DNA of 64,000 nucleotides from Phaeosaccion multiseriatum (lineage: Eukaryota > Protista > Ochrophyta, other classes). Within the stretch, counting starts at the first letter, position 1. Each line of letters starts with the position of its first letter. The stretch covers positions 3,658,001 to 3,722,000 of the forward strand of contig OZ218953.1 of NCBI GenBank assembly GCA_965112735.1. The letters are read 5' to 3'. This document shows, piece after piece, positions 11,327-23,509 of the stretch. A program made the translations under genes and the position numbers. The notes beneath the pieces are model-generated. The model was not told the origin of the DNA. It was given only the letters and a program-made list of their open reading frames with translations, and did no database searches.

Positions 11327-14300
11327 CTATGAGAGCAAAACGAGGGCGGGGTTTCCCGGAGAGGCGTTCTCCTTCCTCTTGAGGGTGTCTGGGGCGTCCT
11401 CTGCGTCCACGTCGTAGACCTTGACCTCATCCAGGCTCAGCGCCTTGGTAATGTACTCGAGGTTCTGCTTCAGGATGGCCTGTGCAGTGTGTGCAGTGGT
11501 GAGGTGGAGTGAAGGGGAGAGAGAACGGACGGCGCCCGACCGGGGAGAGGACAGAGCGAGAGGGGGAGGAGGAGAAGGGATGGGGGCCGATGGTGGGGTC
11601 AGGGCGATGACGTGGCGACTGAGCCAACAACACAGCAAGGAGAAGCCCTCTGACTGGTGTGGTCCAACCGACCGTGTGTGGGCAGAGTTGACCACAACAA
11701 GGTGCATCACTATAATAACAAAAAAAAAGGTGCTCAGAAAAAAGCTGGTTTTGTCGCCCATCAAGTGAGTAAACACTGTTGACGAAAGACTAATCACTAT
11801 TCATCATTGCATCACTCCCCTCGCCACCCCTTGGAAAAGCAAAAAGGCAAAGCTCGCGCTTCTTGCCTCACCTCCTGATCGATAGGGATGCTCACGTCCA
11901 GTGCATCCGCTCCAATGGCGTCGCACTCAAGCTACGCAAGAGGGAAGAGAGAAGAGAGAAGTGTGGGCAAAGGTCGACAAGGGTGACGGGTGGCTTACTC
12001 ACAGTGAATATGACTGACCAGAGCTCAGGACAGGGCGGATAGGCACATCCGGTGGGGCGGTCTTGTCCCTTGTCCATTCGTCCTTCGCCCAGCCCTCTAC
12101 CCTCTGCCCTGTCTGCCGCTCACACACCCTCACGCACTCACGCACTCACGCACCCACGCCGTCACTCACCTTGGTGAAGGAGGCGAACTGCATCTTCTGT
12201 TGCGCGTCCTTCTTGGCGAACTTTCCCTCCTTGCACCACTCCTTCATGTGCTGAGTGATGTTCGAGGGCAGCTTGCCGTCTGCGCCAAGCAGCCCCTGCA
12301 GGAAGTGCAGCACATCCACCTGTGGACGAGAGGAGGGGGGGAGGGGAGAGGAGAGGAGAGGAGAGGAGGGGAGATGGGAGAGTGTGGCAGCAGAAGGGCA
12401 GGGGGGGCAGAAGAAGTTGGCAGGCAGTTGGTGATACAGGAGCAGCACTCGCTCCGAGCGACGTGACATTACAAATAACCAAAAGCCACCGCATCCCTCA
12501 GTCACGCGCCGTCAAGCCCTCGACGAACTGACAGCCCTGATCCTACGCACACACGCACGCACACACATACCTTCCAAGCCGGGTACTCGGTGGCGATGAA
12601 GAAGTGTGCCTTCTTCTGGTCGGGCTTTCCCTTGCTCTGCACCTTGAAGGCAATTGACAAGGCCCGCTGCAGGAAGTCCGAACTGCGAGTCAGGCGCACG
12701 TCAGGCTCGCCAAGATCCGGCCAAGCCGCCTGGATGGGGTGGATGGGTGGGTGGGTAGGTACACACGAGGGAATGATCAGATGGAGTTAGAATGGAGATC
12801 AGAACGGGAAGAGGGAAGATACAAGAGAGGTGGGTGGGTGTGGGTGTAGGAGTTGGGGGGGGGTGGGAGCATCATCGGAGAAGGGATAAGGGGGGGGGGG
12901 GAGGAAGAAGAACAATACACACGCACGCACACACACAAGATAGGAGGGAGCTAGAGAGTGGACTCGCCTGAAGGACAGAGCCCTCCTTGCCCAGGAGCTT
13001 CCACATGTGTTCCGCGTAGTGCGGACAGATGGGGGAGATGAGCAGGGTCTGTGGGGCAAGAAAGGGGAGGAGGGTGGTTGGTTGCTTGTTAGTTGGAAGA
13101 GGAGGGGGGGGGAGGACCCAACCTGGCTGACCGCGACCGACCGTCCGACCGTCCGACCGTCCGACCGACCTACCGACCTACCTGGACTTCAATGAAGAGC
13201 AGCATGAGGTCCTTGAGGGGCAGCACGTTGGAGCGCGTGCACCAGTCGCGGTAGAAGTCACGCGCGATCTGAGGAGAGAGAGAGAGAGAGCAGCAGCAGC
13301 AGCACGGAGGTGGGGCGGGGCGGGGAGGGTGTCAAGAGAAGGCGACAAGCAGGCAAGACAGGCAGACAGACAGGCAGATCGGTAGACAGGCAGGTGGGCG
13401 GACAGGCCGGAATGTACACCTTCCTCCCTCCTTCCTTCCCCCCACCTGCAGCAGGTTGAAGCCGGTCTGCAGCCCGTCCCTCCACAGCATTCTGCTGAAG
13501 TTGTCCTTCGTCTTGAGTACGAGAACCTTGAGCTGGTTCAAGAAGGCCTGCTCCACAAAGGCGGTGGGAGAGCCCTCACCCAGCTGCGATGGGGAGATGG
13601 ATGGCAGTCAATGGGAGGGGGGATGGCGGTTTGGAGGGAGTTGTGACATGGGCACACACGCACACCGCGGAGGTTGGGGGAAGGGGGGGGAGGATGGAAG
13701 GACAGAGGGGCGAGAGGAGGAGCGTTGTCATCCCCACTCACGCACGCACACACGCCCCCGCACCTTTCCCTCCTTAGCCTCCACGAGCGTGAGGGCCATC
13801 CACTCCTCCTCCTTCCACAGCTTGAGGATGGCGGAATTGGCGACGCTGATGGCGAAGTTCGCGTCCTCCATGGAGTCTCCTGCTCGCAAACACACGCACA
13901 CACGCACACACACAAGTCAGGCGAACAGCACAGGGCGGCGAGGACGGCGTGGCAAGCAGACAAGAGAGGTGGAAGCAGACACCCCCCCCCCCCCAAACCC
14001 GACGCACGCACGCACCCACGCACACACCCACGCACACACCCACGCACGCACCTGCGTCCGCCAAGGCGAACCGTGTAGCATCGGCCCCGAACTTGGCCAC
14101 GCACCCCTCCAGCATCAGGAAGTTGCCCTGTCGTAATGTATATAGAGAGAGAGTGGAGCGGGGCAGTGGTGGGCCACGCAAGCACGCACACGCACAGAAG
14201 AGCAGGCGGAAAGGTGGTGGCGGCAGGGCGTCAGGAGAGGAAGGGGGGCGGGGGGGCGTGATTGGCGCTGTGGGGGGTATCAGGGACCAGCCCAATTCCA

Positions 14301-17300
14301 GTTTGAGCAGCAGCACCTCCCCACCTGTCCTCGAGCAGTGCACATCCATCCACCTACCCATCCACCCATGCACGCACGCACGCACGCACGCACGCACTGC
14401 CTCACCTTGCTCTTGCTCATCTTCTCCGAGTCGACAAGCACGTGCCCGTTGGTCCAGTAGCCCCTCGGCCACAGCTCGGGCCGCTCCTCCCAGATGGCTG
14501 CGTGGCTGTACAGCGCCATGGTGAGGTGGTTGCCGATGAGGTCCTTGGCGCTGCAGCGAAGGTCCATGGGGTACCAGTACTCGAACTCCGTCCTGTGGAG
14601 AACCAACACGCCAACATGCCAATACAAAAACACAAGCCGAAGCGGCAGCAGCAGCAGCGGCGGCGGCAGTATCCAAGCGTGAGGCGAGCGATGCGGCATG
14701 GACGGCACCGAGCGAAACAACAACAAAAACACCCAATAGAAATACTACCAAGTCGCACGCATAACCCCCCTCAGCCAACCCATCCATCGCCGCAGACAGG
14801 CCTCACCCGCCCTTGTCCCTCACTTACCTCATCTTGTCCAGCAGGGGTAAGGCAATGCTGCTGTCCTCTGGTGCGGGCCCCCTGAGAAAGATGTAGTCCC
14901 ACACGGCGTCCGTCATCATATCGGGACTCACGTCCACAGGCCGGGGCTTGGAGCCATCCTAAGGGTAGATAGGTGGGTAGATAGATGGACAGGTAGGTAC
15001 GTAGGTAGGTGGGTAGGTAGGTAGGTAGGTAGAACCGACAAGCGGGCATTGGGGGGGGGGTAGTGGAAGCGGTTACTTCACTTACTCACGGCTGTGCTTG
15101 GGCGCACTCTCAGCATTTTAAGCACTTCAAGCACTCCAAGCACCACATAGGAGAGCACCGCTGCCCAGGATTATCTCGTCCCTCTGTCACAACAATGCCT
15201 CCGTGTCCAGCAGTCACTTGCAAGCACGCACACACTCACCATGTTGTTCTCTCCGTGCAGCAGGTGCGCGATGGTGTAGTAGGCCATGTATATGGTGGAG
15301 TCGGACAGAGACTCGATCACCCACTGCTCGTCCCACGGGAGCTGCGCAAGTCAAAAAGAGCACCACGAGTCAATGAATGGATGGATCAACAAGTCAGTGA
15401 GTGAGTGAGTGAGTGAGTGAGTGAGTGCGTGAGTGAGTGGTGTGAGTGAGTGAGTGAGTGAACGGGTGAGTGGGTGAGTGGGTGAGCAGCGTGCACGTCA
15501 CCCCAATCCCCCCGCCTGCCTCTGCCCGACAGAACCGACCTTAGTTCCTAGACCGAAGAGCCTCGTGCAAGCCCACTCCTTGAGCCAGCCCAGGGTCAGG
15601 TTGAAGGCGTCCAGCGCCGCGGGGTTGTACGTCTCGAAGGAATCCGAGTTGACGTGCTTGACCACGCTCTCCCTCCAGTTGTCCTCTCCGTAGGGGATGT
15701 ACCACTGGTCGGTCAGCGCCACAATGCACTCGTCTCTACTGCGGGAGATGACTTGGCTCTCGGGCTCGTAGTAGCCGAACGCTGTTGTTGGTTGCGGCAC
15801 GTCAGAAGAATCAGAAGAGTCAGCGGTGTCAGGAGTATCGGGGGGAAGAGCCACAGCACGACCGCAGGAGGGGCTCATCGCGGGTGACGAAGGGGACCTT
15901 TTGGTCTACAACCTGGTACAGACAAGTTTCGCCCGTCTCCCTGCCTCCCTGCCGACCTGCCTGTCTATCTGTCTGCCTGCCTGCCTGATCGCATTGACCG
16001 CCTGTTCTGGACAGAGAAGTTTCGCCAGTCTGCCTGCCTGCCTGCCTGTCTGCCTGCCTGATCGCACTGGCCACTTGGCTGACTCGCTCACCTGTTCCTG
16101 CCTTGATCATCTCCGCCCGAATCAGGGGCTTGGCGTCGCACACCTTGAGGCCCTTGTGCTCCCCTACGACCATGACGCCTTCGTAGAAGCCCTTGAGGTA
16201 CACCTGTGTCATGTCAAGCAATGTCAATCAATGCCAAAAGCAAATGCAAAAGGGTGATAACGATGCGGCCGGACAAGGACCAAACAAAAGGAGAGCGAAG
16301 CGCGTCAGGGTTAGTGTCACGCGAGTGGGTGGGGGAAAGGGAAAGGCGTAGGCCAAAAACAGACCAACCCAAGCATGATGACACACACACAGAGAGAGAC
16401 GGAGAGAGAGGGAGAGGGAGAGACAACGGGAGAGAGAGAGAGAGAGAGAGGGAGAGAGGGCAGCGACAAAAAGGAGTCCCACCAGTGCCCATCTCTCACC
16501 TCTTCCTTGGCGGCCTTGAGCTTCTCTGTGTCCTTGCAGCTCTTAATCTTGAGCTTGTCGCACATGAACTGCGCGGAGGCGGTGCCATAGCCCGGTATGT
16601 CAATAATGGGCACGACCTCGAAGGGCATGACCATCTCGTCAGTGAGTCCGAACTTCTCTCTGTACAGAGGCTTCTCCTTGAGCTCCAGCAGCGCGGCGTA
16701 GTCATCGGGCGCGTCGGACGGGACAGACGTCACCACGCCGGTACCCTATGTGTGTGTGTGCGTGTGTGTGTGTGGGTGCGTAAGTGTGGGGAGGGGTTGG
16801 TTAGAGCAGCGAAGAGTGTTGTGCGGGGCGGGAGACTGTGCTGCGGCTGTGTTGTGCGGTGGTGACTGGTTGCTCACAGAGCCACAGAGCGACAGAGAGT
16901 GGACATGTAGAGTACTATCAGAGCAGGAGGAAAGGAATGGAGCATATTTGCGCCTCAACACAGAAAAGAGAGGAGCCTCAGAGCACGACTGACACGGAGC
17001 ACTCAATCATCCGCTCGAGTCTGTCTCGACACGCACGGCACGAACACGCCATGCAACGCACTCACCTTGCCCATGGAGATGGTGAGGAGAGGGAGCGTGT
17101 ACACAACGTCGTACGTGGCGTTCGGGGCCTACGCACGGGACAGGCAGACGGGCAGCAGAGGCATTGGATGGGTAAGAGTGAGGTCCGTCGGAGCGAGGTC
17201 AGAGCGAGGTCAGAGCGAGGTTAGTTAGGCAGGGCGAAAGGGCACCTCATGCCTCACCTTGAGCGGCAGGCCCAGCAGGTCGCTACCCAGGATGCCGTCG

Positions 17301-20300
17301 AGCAGGCAGCAGCTCTCGCCCCACTTCTTCGTCAGGTCTTGGTGGGCCATGCCGCGGGCCGCGCGGGCGGACATGATGAGCACGTCGTCGTCGGCCATCT
17401 GTGAGTGAGTAATCAGTCAGTGAGTGAGTGAGTGAGTGAATGAGTAAGTGAGTGAGTCAATCAGTCAGTCATCTGGCAGTGAGTCGGGAAGGGCACTCCA
17501 GCAGGAGGAGGCCAAGGGCAGGAACGCGGCGCCAGCGCTCACACACAGAGGGCTCCAACATGGCTACAGAGACAAACAACCGTACCGAAGAAACGAAACA
17601 CGCGTGCTGTCGTATCACTAACTGCTACATCATCCCCCCCCTCCCACCCTCCCTCCCTCCGCTGCTGCTCACCTCGTAGGCGCCGTACTTCCCTTCGGGC
17701 AGCACGAAGCAGTTGGTCTGTCCGTACATCGTCTCAGGGCGGAGCGTGGCCGGGGCAAGGAACACATTGCGACCCTCCAGCGCGGCTTTGAGCTTGTCGT
17801 GCTTGTCCAAGGAGGTGACGCGGAGCTTCACAATAGTGTATTCTTGTGGACCCACGCCCTCTCCGCTGGCTCGGTCGTGGTCCAGACAGACCTGTGAGGG
17901 GCCAAGAAATAGGACGATTTTGGTTCGTAGGATTGTGGGGGGAGTGGGAGGGAGAGGGGAAAGTGGTCCGCAAGGGGGAACAGTAACGTACTTAGCCACA
18001 CACTGGGGGTGGAGGGGGTAGAAGACCTTGAGAAGGGGGGAAGGAAGCCCTCAGCTGGGTGAGCGTGAAGGGGCTATCGCTGCCTGCATGACTCGGCACC
18101 AGAAACACTAGTGCGTCTTAGTGCGTCAGACGGTGTGTCCGATACCGCCACCAGGTAATGTCCGTATCCCGCCTGACACCATGTACTGACCTGGCCATCA
18201 ACGGTGGAGTACACGTTGGCCCTCTTGCCGAAGCGGATCTTGTCCCGTTTCTTGAGCGTGTTGAACTGCCAGCGGATGAAACGGTCGTAGAAGGGGTTGG
18301 CCGACGTCGTGATGAAGCTGCTCTCACCGGCAGAGGATGGGATGGGGGGTGAAGGGAGGGAGAAGGAGGAGGAGGAGGAGGAGGAGGACGAGGAGGAAAG
18401 AGTGAAACCACACGGATCAGAAGAGCCCAGAGCCGAGCGCTATGGAGAGGGGGAGGAGACGCGCAAGACCAATGGCCGATGACCTACACCACCATCAGCG
18501 ACTACCCTCAAGTGCTCTCAAGATAGGTGCCCATTCGCAAGTCAAGTTCCTGTCTACGGACCGACCCCGACCGACCTTCTCCGCCAGTCCACGCCGGAGC
18601 CAAACTTCTTCATGTCCTGCTTCCCCAGCGGGGGGAAGAACTCCAGCCACTGCGAGGCAGCAGGCCGCACACACACACACACACACAGAGATGAGACGAT
18701 TACACGCAAAGGCCCCTCGCTCGCGAGGATGGGACGAGAGAGTTGTTGGCCGTGACACACAACACATGACAAGACTGCACTGAAGCAAAGACAAACTGCA
18801 ATGAAGCAAAGACAAAAAGACAAATGTCTTACAAGTTCGCCAATGTATTGTGTGTACGGAGGGGCATGAGGAGCGAGAGCTGTGGAAGGGGGATGGAGCG
18901 TGGGACTAGGGTGGGTTGGGCTTCTCATCTAACCTTCATTGGGTCCTGGAAGGCCGGGATGTCGCTCTCCGGCACCATTTGCTTCATGATGTCCCACTGC
19001 AGAAGTAAGTAAAAGCAGTTAACGTGGATGGGCAGAGCGGAAGGAAAGGGAGGGAGCAAGTACGTCACCCCCGGTCCGTGAGATAGCGTTGGGTGTGTGT
19101 CTCCAGGGAATCACAGCTGGCAGTACCAGGAGGAGTGGACCAACACTTCAGTTTCATGATCCAACGCGACTTTAGACTTTGTACCGCTCCTACCCAACCA
19201 CCCACCGGCTCAACCATCCGCTTACCCACCCATCCACCCACCCATCCACCCATCCACCCATCCACCCATCCATCCATCAAACACACCCACAAACCTGGTA
19301 GCTGGTGCCCGTCTTGGCCACAAGCTTGGCCTTCTTTCCCTTACTCTTGTCGGCCACCTTCACCTCGGAGCCGCTCTGCGCCGCTTTGCTCTTGGCTGCT
19401 GCCTGGGCCTCCGCCTCCTGCTCCTCCTCCGAAGGGAACTTGGGCGGGTTGCCGTACTTGGTCATCTCCGTGCGTAGGCGACCCGCGGCGGCCTGGATGG
19501 GCATGCCTGTGCAGTGGAAGGCGAAGGGGAAGAGCGCGTTCTTGCCCTGGCGCATGTGCATGGAGGAGGAGGTTACGAGGCGTGTGGGGGAGGGGAGGTG
19601 AGGAGAGGAGAGGCGGGGTCGCGGGGGGTGTGAGGAGCGGAGAAGGGAAGTTGTACAGGTCCGCCTTTGAACCTCTGCCGAGGTAATTGCGCCAGATGTG
19701 AGCGAGCAAGTATTCTTCGCAGCCTTCCGCCAGCCTCACTCCCTGCGGCTGTGCTGTGCTCGCCGATGGACTAGGCCTGTTTTCCCTCCCCTTCCCTTCC
19801 CTTCATTCCTCCTTCCTTTCTCCCCTCCCTTCTCTGCCCGCCTGCCGGCCAGCCTGCCAGCAGCGCGCACGCACGCACGCACGCAATCACGTACCTGCAT
19901 CCTCTGGAACTGCACCATGAACTCGGCCTTGGTGAGCGAGTAGGCGTGGCCCAGGTGCAGCTTGCCGTTCATGTAAGGGTAGGGGAAGGTCACCATGAAC
20001 TGCCATCAAATCGAATGGCGTATGGTATGCAGGGCAAGCAGTCCCATACAGAGGGGCCAAGGGGAACAATGGAGGGCGTGAGGGTGAGCGGTGTGGGTGG
20101 ACAAGGGTGGAGCCAGTGAGGGCTACGCGGGAGTGAAGCACGCAGAAGGGATGTGCCTTCCCTTCGAGGCGAGGGAGAGGACTCAAGTCAGGAGCAAAAC
20201 GGCGTGCAGAGTGAGTGGCAAGGCACAGATATGATGCTCCAACCAGTCCAAGCAAAGCAATCACTTCACACTGCATCAGTGAGGAGAGGGGGGGAGGCAT

Positions 20301-20754
20301 GTGCTCTTCCTTGTCTCTCGCTCACCTTTGGCTTTGGTGTGCCGTCCTCCAGGAACTCGGCTTCCGCCTGAAAGACCTTGAGCTGCTCCCAAAGCTCCTG
20401 TGCAGGCGCCTCGAACGACTGCAGATGGTCCCGCCGCGCAGTTCCTCCCCCTCCGCCTGGCACCGCTCGTCCCTCTGGGTCTGCTGCAGACGCTGCTGCA
20501 CCAGCCTTTCCCTTCCCCTTTGCTCCGTCAGAAGCCGCACCTTTCGCTTTGCCTCCTCCCCCCCCTCCTTTTCCGCCCTTCCCCGCCTTTGCAACAGCAG
20601 GAGCAGCAGGAGCAGCAGCAGGAGTGGAAGGAGCCGCAGAGGGAGGAGCTGGGGGGGGGCCCTCTCCATCAATTGCAATCGCACTGAACTTATCTGTGGT
20701 GGATACCATGAACCCCTCCCGTGGGGCCTCCCCCTCCTCTACCCAGTCGTTCAT
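11327..20754 (-). CDS. LARS1: Cytosolic (eukaryote/archaeal-type) leucyl-tRNA synthetase, many exons
   Basis: Motifs [15 protein letters not shown] (HIGH), [38 protein letters not shown], editing-domain [56 protein letters not shown] and terminal ASPGNP occur in the correct order across spliced exons. Likely ATG at 20754. Confidence 0.97.
11729..11813 (-). ncRNA. Intronic box C/D snoRNA candidate in the last LARS intron
   Basis: In sense with the host: C box ATGATGA 11807-11801, 13-nt guide GATTAGTCTTTCG (11795-11783) antisense to LSU rRNA CGAAAGACUAAUC, C'-like TGATGG 11763-11758, D box CTGA 11737-11734, short TGC/GCA closing stem. AT-rich relative to its flanks. Confidence 0.7.
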
Positions 20755-21190
20755 TTTCCCTCTCCGTTCCTTTATCTCTCCCCAAACAACGCAAATGGCC
20801 ACGGATCTTTTTCGATATCAATTTTCAGGAAGCTGAAACGGAAACTGAAAGTATCGATCCCCCACCACGAACGAAGGTCAAAAGACTATACACATGTGTG
20901 AGTTGGTTTAGACAGCTCTGAGAAAGCTTCGCGCATCTCCTCTGCGTTAGAATACGGTGCGGGGAGGGCAGGCCTTCGCCTGCCACGGGTTCGTTCGTCA
21001 TCCAATGACGGCGATCCGCCTCAAAGGGTCCTACCTCGCGAGGGGCCGATGGGGGGTAGATAATCGCTCTTCAACGGAGGGAAGCTGCTGCTGTTGCTGC
21101 TGCTGCTGCTGCCGTAAGGAGAAACGGGCCAAGAGGCGTCTTTGCCGCGCCACTGCTACAGCACCAGCAGTGGGGAGGAGGAGGAGGTGG
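20755..21190. promoter_or_regulatory. Short divergent (bidirectional) promoter region, LARS / TraB
   Basis: Head-to-head start codons ~440 nt apart; inferred from gene geometry only. Confidence 0.5.
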
Positions 21191-23302
21191 ATGAACACAG
21201 AGAATGCTACGGCAGGCTCGGTGCTGTTGACGGGGCTTTTGGTACTGCTTTGTATGGCTCGCCAGGCAGTCGCCTTCGTCACGACGGGAGCGAACGTGCC
21301 GACGTACAGGATCGAGTTGCCGACAAGGGGCAGTAGCAGCAGCAGCATTGGAGAGAGGGGAAGTAGATCCGTCTCTTACCATCAGCATTGGAGCGAAAGT
21401 GGGGAAGCGGGGACTGCTGCAGCGGCAGCAGAAGGCGGCGGCGGTCTAGCTGCTACAGATGGTACAGATAGTGTGGAGCTAGGGAGTTGGGGGAGCAGCA
21501 ATCGACGGCAGCTGCTGCAAAGAGTGGGAGCCGGGATAACAGCGGGGGCGGGAGCGGCGGCTCTGATGCCGGCGGAGTGGCCATGGGGCGGGGAGAGCGG
21601 CGGCAGTGTGGCCTCTGCGGCGGACAATACATTATTGTGTGATGACGCCGTCTCTCACCTAATAGACCCGAACAGCAAGAGGGAAGTGTACATAGGTGAG
21701 TGAGTGAGTGATTGTGGGAGCGTCAGGCCACAGTGTCGGGCGAGCACCCCCGCGGAGAGAAGATGTATGGGCACAAGCAGACATTGGACACCTCGAGCAC
21801 TTATTATATGCCGAGACTGAGTCTTGTGACAGCCTGAGCTCTGCCCTGGCTGCTTTGTGTGAGCGTCAGAGTTGGTCGCTCAGGAACGCTTGCCCCGGAG
21901 GGAAGTTGCTCCCCCCCTGACTTGCTTCGACGGACACATATTTCTGCTGGCTGACGATGCTGCCCCCCCCCCCCCCTCCCCCACACCCCTTGGCAATGCC
22001 CGCCCTCGCCTCTTCTCTCGTGTCCCCAGTGGGCACCGCTCACATCAGCAACATCAGCGCGCTGCTGGTGCAGGACACCATTCGCTTGGTGCGGCCTGAC
22101 ACCGTCATGCTCGAGCTGGACGCCTCCCGAGTGTCTAACAGCACGTCGGTGGGGCCGCCATCAGCCAGCAGCACCCGAGGCAGCAGCAGCAGCAGTAGCG
22201 GTAGCGGGGGAGGGAGAAGTAGCAGAAGCGGGGGCGGTGTGGCGCAGCGGTCGCTCATGATGGACATTCTCGACCCGCGCACCTCCTGGGGGGAGAAGGT
22301 GGTGAACATCCGGGCGGCGGTGGTGGGCAACGCCATCAGCAACCTGTACACATCGCTGGACCGCATGGGCTTCAGCAGCGGGGATGAGTTCGTAGTGGCG
22401 GCTCGGGAGGCGAGGGGCATTGGTGCCGATGTGCTGCTTGGGGACAGGGACTTGCGCGTGACTCTGCGGCGGCTGTCGGAGGCGCTGAGCGGGGGCATGT
22501 CGGTGAACATTAACAACTTGGGGGAGAATTACCTGCGTCTGCCCGAGGCCAAGACCCTGGAGGCCGCTGGCCCGGACATTCAGGAGATCTCGAGGACAGT
22601 GGAGGTGCGCGCACGTGTGTATGTGTGTGTGTGTGTGTGTGCGTGTGTTTGTGTGTGTGTGTTTGTGTGTTGATGATCCATGGAGCCTCGTGAACTCACA
22701 TTGGTTGGGGTGTAGGCAGGATATTGTAGTACGCTGGTTCCGTGCGTAGGTGCTGCTGGAAGGGTGGTTAGTGCCCTCATTCCATCTGATGGGACGGGGC
22801 CGAAGATGTTGATGCCTTCCTTCTGTCTTGACCATCCTCCCTCACCCCCTCCCCCCCCTTCCCACCCTCCCAGATGCTGAAGCAGCGACGGACGGTGCGG
22901 GCGATTATGAGCGAGATTCAGATGGAAGCGCCCGACCTTTACAACGCAATGGTCAAGGAGCGCGACGAGTACATGGCCAACTCGCTACTGCAGAGCAAGG
23001 GCAGGAAGATGGTGGCTGTGGTTGGCATCGCCCATATGGACGGGATTGAGCGCTTCCTCCAGTGGCGCAGAGTGGACTGCGGCATGCGCATGAAGCGGGA
23101 TGGTACGGTCATTTCCACCACGGGGGGCTCCCGGGCAGCAGCGCAGATGCCGGACAGCAGCGACAGCAGCAGCCCGAGTGGCTTCAGCGTCGGCGGGGGC
23201 AGCAGCGGGCGGAGCAGCAGTAGCTTCAGCAGCAGCAGCAGCAGCCGCACCAGGCCGGACAGCAGCGGGCGGAGCAGCAGCAGCTTCAGCAACAGCTACT
23301 GA
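21191..23302 (+). CDS. TraB/PrgY/TIKI-family protein with predicted plastid and thylakoid-lumen targeting (502 aa)
   Basis: Exons 21191-21695, 22030-22604 and 22874-23302 are in frame. Motifs: VYIVGTAHIS, RPDTVMLELD..R, GDEF..A, LLGDRD...TLRR, ERDEYMA, VAVVGIAHMDGI. The N-terminus has a hydrophobic signal ending AVA-FV, a Ser/Arg-rich transit peptide, then NRRQLL + Ala/Gly stretch + ASA. Confidence 0.9.
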
Positions 23303-23509
23303 GGGGTGCAGGGGAGGGCGGCGCCCGCCCCTTGTTTCTACAGACCTCTGACGAGCCGAGAATTTGCTCGAGATGAGTACTTACTTTAGATCACAGCGTT
23401 TACCTTGCTCCTAATTTTATGTATTATCTGGTTCTTTCAAAAATAAATAAATGAAACAGTAAAACAACACGCTTCTTTGTTTCAATAGGGAGGCTATCAC
23501 CACACCAGG

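Noticed and set aside
20330-20754. LARS N-terminal Ala/Gly/Lys-rich extension as an organelle-targeting peptide or extra domain
   Set aside because: Acidic start, no hydrophobic signal and low complexity, like the inserts seen in most proteins in this window.
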